Source: Candidatus Heimdallarchaeota archaeon
Lineage (GTDB): Archaea; Asgardarchaeota; Heimdallarchaeia; Hodarchaeales; Hodarchaeaceae
Direction: 5' to 3'
Length of the DNA: 64,000 nucleotides
Assembly (NCBI GenBank): GCA_011364965.1
Contig: RDOB01000002.1
Span: 64,001 to 128,000 of the forward strand
How positions within the stretch are numbered: position 1 is the stretch's first letter; every line of letters begins with the position of its first letter. The notes under the pieces are model-generated. The model searched no databases. It saw only the letters and a program-made list of their open reading frames with translations, and was not told where the DNA came from. A program made the position numbers and the translations under genes. Of the stretch, positions 18,891 through 26,519 are shown in pieces.

Positions 18891-20237
18891 TTGAAAGTTT
18901 TAATAATCGGGGGCAATCCTGCAGGTTTAAGTGCTGCTAGCGCTATTCGTAAAGCTCATCCTGATTGGGAATTAGCTGTTTATGAAAAAGACCGCTATAT
19001 CTCTTATGGTGCTTGTGGAATTCCATATTATGTAGCCAAAGAAGTGGAATCACTTGATAATCTGATAACTTTGACAAAAGAAATTCTCGAAGAGGAACGA
19101 AACATACCTATTTTCTTATATCATGAAGTTACTGCCGTTAACTTTCTAGAAAAAAGAGTTTCAATTAAGAATATAATGGAATCAAAGGATTTAACAAATA
19201 ATTATGATAAATTGATAATCGCAACTGGAGCAAATGCTAAGATAGACCCAAAGTATCCGTTAGCTCATCCTCGTGTATTTAAAGTTCATACATTAAATGA
19301 TGCTGAGATTCTAAGGACATCATTAAGTACTAAATCTATTAGATCTGTTGTAATTATTGGTGGAGGGTATATCGGTTTGGAAATGATTGAATCTTATTTA
19401 ACCTACGGGATTGAGGGAAAAAATATTACCATAATAAGTCCTCGCTTAGTATTTCGATCCTCAAGTCAAGATTATATTAGAAAGGAGCTTGAGAAGCACG
19501 ATATTCGTTACATTGATGATCGGGTAACAGATATTTCCATTCTCTCAACTGAAACTTTGATTGTTAAATTGCAGAACAATCAATCAATTAAAACTGAGTT
19601 GGTACAAATCTCAGTAGGTGTGGAACCCGCAACAAAGATTTTTGGGGACTTGAAAATGCTTTCCAATGGTGCGATTCTAACAGATGAATATATGCGTACT
19701 TCCATACCTGATGTGTATGCAGCTGGTGATTGTATTGCTAGTTACCACCAGATATTGAAGAAAAATGTTTATATTCCTTTGGCTCCTGCAGCGAACAAGC
19801 AAGGTCGAATAGCTGGAAGCCACATTGCTGGTATACCGACTGATGGGTTTCCTGGGGTTTATGGAACAGCTATTTTCAAAGTTTTAGATCTCTATTGTGC
19901 AATGACTGGAATTGATGAGAATTCTGCAAAGGAAAATGGATTTGATGTTCAAAGTATTATTATCGAGAATAATGAGATAGCGCATTATTATCCAAATGCT
20001 AGGAAAATTTCCATTCGAATAATCTTCGATATAAACTCCCATAGACTCTTGGGAGCTGAAATAGTTGCTAGATCGGCTATGGGGGCCAAAAAAATTGATG
20101 TTTTTGCAACAGCCTTAGCAGCTAAGATGAAAATCGAGGATATACAAAATTTAGATTTAGCTTATGCTCCACCATTTGCTACGGTTTGGGATCCGATTTT
20201 AATTGCAGCTAATATAGCTCGAAAGAAATATCAATGA
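18891..20237 (+). CDS. CoA-disulfide reductase / NADH oxidase family flavoprotein
   Basis: IGGNPAG, redox Cys in SYGACGIPY, ATGA, GGGYIGLE, YAAGD, DLAYAPPF; TTG start after GGAGG. Confidence 0.9.
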   Translation: MKVLIIGGNPAGLSAASAIRKAHPDWELAVYEKDRYISYGACGIPYYVAKEVESLDNLITLTKEILEEERNIPIFLYHEVTAVNFLEKRVSIKNIMESKDLTNNYDKLIIATGANAKIDPKYPLAHPRVFKVHTLNDAEILRTSLSTKSIRSVVIIGGGYIGLEMIESYLTYGIEGKNITIISPRLVFRSSSQDYIRKELEKHDIRYIDDRVTDISILSTETLIVKLQNNQSIKTELVQISVGVEPATKIFGDLKMLSNGAILTDEYMRTSIPDVYAAGDCIASYHQILKKNVYIPLAPAANKQGRIAGSHIAGIPTDGFPGVYGTAIFKVLDLYCAMTGIDENSAKENGFDVQSIIIENNEIAHYYPNARKISIRIIFDINSHRLLGAEIVARSAMGAKKIDVFATALAAKMKIEDIQNLDLAYAPPFATVWDPILIAANIARKKYQ

Positions 20238-21883
20238 TTTTTGTTTACTTCTGGCGATTTGGGGAAAAATAATTCCTCTGTGAAAAAAGATTGAAATTTT
20301 TGTATTTCGTTAAGTTCTTTCCTTATTGCAAGCTTCGAGATTTCTATTGCTATTCGTCTTGATTCTTGCGATAATAATATCGTTCTTCCCCCTTTTTCAG
20401 CTGTATTACCTTGAATTTGATATTTCGAATTCGGTAAATTTGGGAGTAATCCAATTATTTTTGCATTCTGGATGTTTAATTTTGATCCAAACACCCCAGC
20501 TATTATTACCATATCTATTTCTTCAATTTTGATGTTAAGAGAGTATGTTAATGAACGAATAGCTCCCATTGTTGCTGCTTTGGCCTTTTGAATTGCTTCC
20601 ACATCTCTCCGCGTAAGAAATATCTCGTTATTGTTAGCTGTTTGATTATGGGGAACTAGAATCAACTTGTTTGTTAAATTCCCATCTTTTGTAAAAAGTC
20701 GTCCTCGGTAATCCAGCTGCTTATGTTTCCATAATTCAGAAAGAATGTCAATAATTCCACTTCCACATATTCCTTTTGGTAAACCTGCGCTAATTACAAC
20801 ATATTCAATATTATTATTTACTATCCTGAATTCTTCAATAGCTCCTGATATACCTCTCATTCCACACTCAATATGTTGACCCTCAAATGCTCCACCTGCG
20901 GCTACTGAGGCTGCATAAATCTCATTCTCATGAATTAATATAATTTCAGAATTAGTGCCAAAATCTATTAATAAGGATGTTTTAGAACTCTTATTTATTT
21001 CTGTATAAAGTATATCAACAACAGCATCAGACCCAATAAATCCTCCAATTAACGGAGGTATAGTGATGATCGTATCAGTGGGTAATCCCAATATTTTATG
21101 GTTTTTAAACTTCTTCGCAGGAAAGGAACGCAGTTCTGTGAAATCAGGAGTATATGGAGCGCGAGATAATTTCTCTATGGGAGCAAAACAAAAAAGATGA
21201 TGCATAACGGTGTTTCCAATGACAACTATCTCAAGAATCTCTGAAAATGGTCTATTCAGCATGTTGAGAATTTTAATAATTAGTTCTTTAATGCCCTTGA
21301 GGATTTTTATTTGCAATTCCTCTCGGTTTTTTTCTGAGTTCAACGCATAAGTTAGTCGTGTTACAATATCTCTACCTATTGAGATTTGAGGATTAATTGA
21401 GGAATCAGCACCTAGTAAGATACCAGTAGTTAAATCTATCACAGTCACTACAATGGAAGTTGTCCCTATATCAACAACGATGCCTAATGGATTGTGAATA
21501 CCTTTTTTATTCACAACAGAATATGGATATTTTAATACAAAATTAAGATAAGTGTCTCTAATTTTAAAAATATTATCTTGATGGACTGAAAAGTCAATAA
21601 TACTAATTGTAAGATCCGTACTCGGTATAATTTGGCATGCTAGTTTAATATTTGATAAATACGTATTATTTTTCTTCGCTTGATCAATCTCAAGTGAATT
21701 GCAGTCATTAAGAATGGAATATCCAAGAATTCTTATTCTACACTTCCCACATTTCCCCTTACCAGAACATAATGAGTTAATCATATTCTGAGGTGAGTTA
21801 TTATTGACAATACTAAGCAATGATTCCTTGTTTGGCTTGTACTCAATAATTTTATTGAGGTTTACGATTTTTATTCTTTTAAT
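20231..21883 (-). CDS. ASKHA-domain reductive activator of corrinoid proteins (RACo/DUF4445) with N-terminal 2Fe-2S ferredoxin
   Basis: CSGKGKCGKC...LACQ, DIGTT, GNTVMHH, GGFIGSD, DFGTNSE, AFEG, GICGSG, AKAA, AGVFG; first canonical start is 21820, but the open frame and RBS suggest ATT at 21883. Confidence 0.88.
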   Translation of the reverse strand: MKRIKIVNLNKIIEYKPNKESLLSIVNNNSPQNMINSLCSGKGKCGKCRIRILGYSILNDCNSLEIDQAKKNNTYLSNIKLACQIIPSTDLTISIIDFSVHQDNIFKIRDTYLNFVLKYPYSVVNKKGIHNPLGIVVDIGTTSIVVTVIDLTTGILLGADSSINPQISIGRDIVTRLTYALNSEKNREELQIKILKGIKELIIKILNMLNRPFSEILEIVVIGNTVMHHLFCFAPIEKLSRAPYTPDFTELRSFPAKKFKNHKILGLPTDTIITIPPLIGGFIGSDAVVDILYTEINKSSKTSLLIDFGTNSEIILIHENEIYAASVAAGGAFEGQHIECGMRGISGAIEEFRIVNNNIEYVVISAGLPKGICGSGIIDILSELWKHKQLDYRGRLFTKDGNLTNKLILVPHNQTANNNEIFLTRRDVEAIQKAKAATMGAIRSLTYSLNIKIEEIDMVIIAGVFGSKLNIQNAKIIGLLPNLPNSKYQIQGNTAEKGGRTILLSQESRRIAIEISKLAIRKELNEIQKFQSFFTEELFFPKSPEVNKNH

Positions 21884-21937
21884 TGTTATTTCCCTTCTTT
21901 TTTGACCTCTACGCTTTTCTATATGATTTTTCCTATA

Positions 21938-22015
21938 TCAATTTTTTGACTTGCCTCTAAATATTTCCTTATTAACCCCAAATGCGCGAACATAGCTTGA
22001 CATTAGTTTGCCCAT
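21938..22015 (-). CDS. Putative 25-aa micro-protein MGKLMSSYVRAFGVNKEIFRGKSKN
   Basis: ATG preceded by a strong RBS-like GAGGGGG; lies between the Arf gene and RACo gene; below the ORF-track cutoff. Confidence 0.35.
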   Translation of the reverse strand: MGKLMSSYVRAFGVNKEIFRGKSKN

Positions 22016-22067
22016 TTTTATCCCCCCTCATTTTTGAAAATTTGGGTACGTATGTCCTAGTGCTATA

Positions 22068-22102
22068 CGAAGAACGGGGGAGGTTTCCTCTTCCGTTCTT
22101 CG
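22068..22102. terminator. 16-bp GC-rich hairpin (terminator, operator or leader RNA element)
   Basis: CGAAGAACGGGGGAGG-TTT-CCTCTTCCGTTCTTCG: 14/16 Watson-Crick pairs plus 2 G.U on the + strand; the inverted repeat is certain, its function is not. Confidence 0.5.
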
Positions 22103-22226
22103 CTTTCTCCATAAATGCTTGCTAAACAATTTTGCTTTTATGCAAGAACAAGATTTCTATTAAATCTACTCAAATAATCTTTCTAGCATCAGAAATTCTG
22201 TATTGGAAGTCCGATTTCTTTTCGTA

Positions 22227-22793
22227 TTATGTTAACAATTCTCGGATTACACGAGTGAGTTTTGGTAATCCATATCCAGTTTTCTGACTAGTGACAATGA
22301 TCTCAAATGGGCTGGTTTTTGGTATATTCAAGGCTTTTTGAATGGTATTTTCCACATCATAGATCAGTTTTGAATAATCTTCCTCCTTGGAATCGGCCTT
22401 AATTAGATCAAATTTATTACAAACAATTAAACACGGTTTAGAGTCAATTAGAGGGATTATTCGTTCCTGAAACTCAATTTTTGATTCGTTAAATCGGGAG
22501 TGGTCATATGCATCGACCACATAAATAATAACATGGCTATTTTCAATATGAGTTTTCCAAAGATCTCTCAAAGCTTTCTGTCCTCCCAAATCTATGATTG
22601 TTGCTTTAACTAGGTCATCCTCATCAAAAGAAATCGAATCCATAGTCGATGCGAGAGTTGGCTTTAGATTAGCCACGAACCTTCCCGTTTTTAATCGAAT
22701 ATACATTGCAGTTTTTCCTGCATAATCCAAACCACAAAAGACCAAGTTGATTGGCTCTCCTATAGCGCGAATTGCTGTTTTCAAATGACTCAT
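22227..22793 (-). CDS. Arf/Sar-like small GTPase
   Basis: GLDYAGKT, PT, DLGGQKALRDLW, IYVVDA, NKFD, TSQKTGYGL. Confidence 0.93.
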   Translation of the reverse strand: MSHLKTAIRAIGEPINLVFCGLDYAGKTAMYIRLKTGRFVANLKPTLASTMDSISFDEDDLVKATIIDLGGQKALRDLWKTHIENSHVIIYVVDAYDHSRFNESKIEFQERIIPLIDSKPCLIVCNKFDLIKADSKEEDYSKLIYDVENTIQKALNIPKTSPFEIIVTSQKTGYGLPKLTRVIRELLT

Positions 22794-22796
22794 AAG

Positions 22797-24335
22797 TTAT
22801 GTTCCTCCTGAGTTATACAACGATTTGATAGTAACTGTACTCCCTTCAAATTGTCCTTTTAACTCCTCAAAGTAATTGAATGCTAGTTCAACATCATCAG
22901 AAATCATATTAATCTCTGTGGGATTTCTTTTTGTAATTTCTTCAGGTATAATGATCATAGAGGAACCAACTTTATAGAATAATATTATAGTATTCCCAAT
23001 AAGGATATCCTGGGAAATATAATCAGAAGGAATGAAGGTAATAACATCAGTTGGTAAAATGCCCCTTTTTTCTTGACTTTCATATTTATCTGTTCTTAAT
23101 AACTCGATAAAAAGCTCTTTTTGCTCTTCAGCTACAATTAAATTTAATTTAACGTCGAAATTCTCAGAATAAAATATTTTTAGTAAAATATCCTCTACAA
23201 AATTGGAATGGATAATAACTACACCGATAATTTGAGCATATTTCACATCTGTTTCAAGTCGCTTTCTAGTCGAAGATGTGTCTGCTATTGAAGAAAGGAA
23301 GATATCTTTATCAACTAACCTTACATTTGAATATGCATTTTTTAATATCTGAAGTTCTGGCTCTTTAATGGATTTGAGATCAATAACTGATTGATATTGA
23401 GATTCTGCAAGCTGTGATAGCGTTTTAACAAGTGTTAAATATTTAAATTTCCGTTTTCCTTCTTCGCTTCCCATTGACGTTGATTGGCAGATACCTTCTA
23501 GGCAGTTTAAAGTGATATTGAAATGGTGCTCACTTGAAAACCTAAAATCAAACTTCTTTTGGGAGAAGAATGCAGTGCTCCTCTCAATTAAATTCTGTAA
23601 AACTTCACCTCTATAATCCAAAGATCTAAAATCTGCTTCTAATAATCTTGAATTTTCAATTAAATTTTGTTCAATATTCTTTATCTCTTCAAGATAAAAC
23701 TGTCGTTTTGAAATTTTTCCTCCACATGCTATCAGCTTCGCAAGGATTATTGCTTGATTCTGGTTCATCCAAAGAGATGATAATATGAAAAAGACTAAAG
23801 AAAATAAGGAGGGAATTTTCATTGATAATTTCTGCAATTTTGCAAAATAATGAAGTAAATTTACGAATTCATCAATTTTTTTTCTTTCTGGTTGATCTAT
23901 TATCTCTAAACATAATTGATCAAGTTTAAGCATTAGTTCTTTAGCCTCGTTTGGTTTGATTAAATAATTTGGTTTGAGTGTCCCCAAGGAAACACGGTTA
24001 AGAAGCTCATCAATTCCAATAGCTAATATAACTGTTTTGGGGCGAGTATGTGACATTTCTATTAAATTTAATTCAATGAGGCTAGAAAATCCATCGGGTA
24101 ATTCTAAACGTGTAGGATTGCATCGTATATCCTTTGCAAGAGTAATTGGTTTAATTTGACCACCATGTAAGACCAAAGAAAGCAAGATTTGGGCTTGAAA
24201 ATCTTCAAGACCACTGTATATGAATAACCTTAGGAGTTGGTGGCGAATAAACGAATCTGTGGGAATCAGATTCAGATAATCCACCATACTTCCTTCCTTT
24301 TTTACCTTCTCTCTCGTATCGTCTGATTTGATCAC
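22797..24335 (-). CDS. TrmB-like regulator with apparently duplicated wHTH
   Basis: 'SGLEDFQAQILLSLVLHGG..KPITLAK...SSLIELNLIEMSHTRPK' resembles the TrmB N-terminus; second copy 'LWMNQNQAIILAKLIACGGKISK'; alpha/beta C-terminal region. Confidence 0.5.
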   Translation of the reverse strand: MIKSDDTREKVKKEGSMVDYLNLIPTDSFIRHQLLRLFIYSGLEDFQAQILLSLVLHGGQIKPITLAKDIRCNPTRLELPDGFSSLIELNLIEMSHTRPKTVILAIGIDELLNRVSLGTLKPNYLIKPNEAKELMLKLDQLCLEIIDQPERKKIDEFVNLLHYFAKLQKLSMKIPSLFSLVFFILSSLWMNQNQAIILAKLIACGGKISKRQFYLEEIKNIEQNLIENSRLLEADFRSLDYRGEVLQNLIERSTAFFSQKKFDFRFSSEHHFNITLNCLEGICQSTSMGSEEGKRKFKYLTLVKTLSQLAESQYQSVIDLKSIKEPELQILKNAYSNVRLVDKDIFLSSIADTSSTRKRLETDVKYAQIIGVVIIHSNFVEDILLKIFYSENFDVKLNLIVAEEQKELFIELLRTDKYESQEKRGILPTDVITFIPSDYISQDILIGNTIILFYKVGSSMIIIPEEITKRNPTEINMISDDVELAFNYFEELKGQFEGSTVTIKSLYNSGGT

Positions 24336-24482
24336 AAAAATTCCTCATAGATATAAGAAACATTTACTAATTTTAGCGTATGTAGCTACTTCTGTTTTTC
24401 AACGAAACTTATGAATAATCAAATGTATTATTAATGTTAATATTATAAGATATTGATATTAGCCAAGTGAGCATTTGGATGA

Positions 24483-25460
24483 ATGATTTTGACCTTACAA
24501 GAGTCAGTATTTTCTTCTATAATGTTTTGCTATTTCTTAGACTGTGGACCTAGCTCTATCGACCATTTCTTCCTTAATGAAATCAAAGAAAATCCCGATT
24601 TAACTGCGGTGAGACTGATGACCAAATCAACAGCTTTAGTCAAAGGTGATAGCAACCAAAAAATTGAGCAATCAATTATAAGTCAATTATGTGGACCCGA
24701 TATATACCCTGTGGACACAAGTTATCGAATGGTTTGGTATAATTGGTTAATCGCAAATAGATTTTCTAATGACCCTAGAATCAGAAGAACAGGAGCTGTT
24801 GGTGGGATTTACTGCATTTATATGAAGAAGAATGAAGCGATTATTCGAAATTCTCTCGAGATCATTGAAACTGTTATCAGAGATACTAGTTCAGAACTAA
24901 AAAGCATTGATGACATCATTAAAAGGCAATTCAACCATACTTTATCAACTAATATTGGAGAAAAACAATTTCTAGAATTTATTGGCAAAAAAACCTCTGA
25001 TATTATCACAAAACAACTCAATATGACTTTAAATGAAAAAATTCATGAATTTTCTAGCCAGATTACGAGGGAGCGGATGTCTCAAACAGAAAAGTTCAAA
25101 ATCATTCTCCAGGATATGGTATTTAAAAAAGGAACACCAGATGAAATTATTGAACCAGCTGATAAGAGAATACATTGGAATTCAATTATTAAGAAATTAG
25201 ACAAAATCATATTGAATAGAATACCAGAGTTAGTAAAAAAAAAGGCGGATCCCAAAAAATTAAGGGAATTGTATGAATTATTGTTAGAGGAAAAGATCTG
25301 GATAGCTTTACCACTTAATGAACAGAACTTAATAATTCAAACAAAAGATATTGCAGATTTTTTCTTCTACTATTGGCTAGCACATCATCAATTACTCAAG
25401 AAGAATAAGATAGTCCAATTGTACGTCCAAGTGACAAATTTATCGAAATTGACGTCTTGA
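24483..25460 (+). CDS. Hypothetical protein with probable uDENN/longin-like N-terminal domain
   Basis: 'IMFCYFLDCGP...LCGPDIYP...RMVWYNWLI....DPRIRRTG...IYCIY' pattern of Asgard longin/uDENN-like proteins, followed by a helical region. Confidence 0.45.
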   Translation: MILTLQESVFSSIMFCYFLDCGPSSIDHFFLNEIKENPDLTAVRLMTKSTALVKGDSNQKIEQSIISQLCGPDIYPVDTSYRMVWYNWLIANRFSNDPRIRRTGAVGGIYCIYMKKNEAIIRNSLEIIETVIRDTSSELKSIDDIIKRQFNHTLSTNIGEKQFLEFIGKKTSDIITKQLNMTLNEKIHEFSSQITRERMSQTEKFKIILQDMVFKKGTPDEIIEPADKRIHWNSIIKKLDKIILNRIPELVKKKADPKKLRELYELLLEEKIWIALPLNEQNLIIQTKDIADFFFYYWLAHHQLLKKNKIVQLYVQVTNLSKLTS

Positions 25461-25536
25461 TCGAAATAATTATGAATTTTAAATGTATTTTAAAAGTTAT
25501 TTGAATAAATCAGAATCATTATTACTTATCATTTAG

Positions 25537-26196
25537 GTGAGAATAATGACTAATCACTCCATAATTCGGGTTTTTTATTTACTATTTCTTCAATGTATTT
25601 TAATTTCTTCCCCAATTCTCCCTTTAATGGTTACTTCAATGTATTTTTGGGGTGATTACCCAGTAAAGCTCAGAAAATCTGTATTTGCGTCTCAACAGAA
25701 CGCAACTCTCGATTTAATTCCTCCAATCATTATCGGCCCTCCTGATATCAGCTACTTAGTGAATACTACAGGTCATAACATTACTTGGGAGATTGCTGAT
25801 AAGAATCCGAGGAATTATTCAATCCAGCATAATTATCTGTATATCGAGACAGAAAAAAATAAGTCTTGGACTCAAAACCAATCTGTGAGTATTTCAATTG
25901 ATCATCTTCCAATTGGAATCCATCTTTATATAATAATAGTTGAGGATTTGTGGAATAATAAAATTGCAGATGATGTTAAAGTAAATGTGAAAGAAACCGC
26001 TTATGTTCCGACTTTCAATTATTCCACAACTTCCTTAATTAATCTGGGCGATTTTTTGAATCCATTTTTCCTCCTTGGAATTGGTTTACTATCTTTATTG
26101 GCTATTGTTGGCCGAATTAAAATCCGAAGAAAGGAAGATTTAGATATTGATCTCCCTCCAGAAGATCCATTGGAGTTAGAATCTTCGGAAAATTAG
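25537..26196 (+). CDS. Membrane-anchored protein with one Ig-like domain
   Basis: N-terminal hydrophobic segment; 'PPIIIGPPDISY...GHNITW...W...ISIDHLPIG.HLY.I.VED..NN..D.V.V.V' beta-sandwich; C-terminal TM plus basic residues. Confidence 0.7.
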   Translation: MRIMTNHSIIRVFYLLFLQCILISSPILPLMVTSMYFWGDYPVKLRKSVFASQQNATLDLIPPIIIGPPDISYLVNTTGHNITWEIADKNPRNYSIQHNYLYIETEKNKSWTQNQSVSISIDHLPIGIHLYIIIVEDLWNNKIADDVKVNVKETAYVPTFNYSTTSLINLGDFLNPFFLLGIGLLSLLAIVGRIKIRRKEDLDIDLPPEDPLELESSEN

Positions 26197-26519
26197 AATT
26201 TCAATTGAATCATAAGCATAAAATGTCAATATAATAGAAAAATACATTCAAATGATGAAATGCAACTAAAATTTAACACGATTAAAATTATTTCAGATAT
26301 CTTTGTGAAAAATAATCATTAAAAGACTTAGTAAAGTATCAACGAAAGTTTTAGTCATAACATATAAAACATGAAAAAATTTATAAGTAATGACTTAGAG
26401 AAATATATTGTTTAAACATAAAATAGAGTGAATCTAAAAAGTCATTAAAATAAAAAATAAGAATCATAATTCAATAAATTGGCACGATATGAATAAAATA
26501 CAAAATATGGTGAAATCTT

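Noticed and set aside
26197-26519. Very AT-rich spacer as a possible island boundary
   Set aside because: No att repeats, integrase or tRNA; consistent with a promoter region
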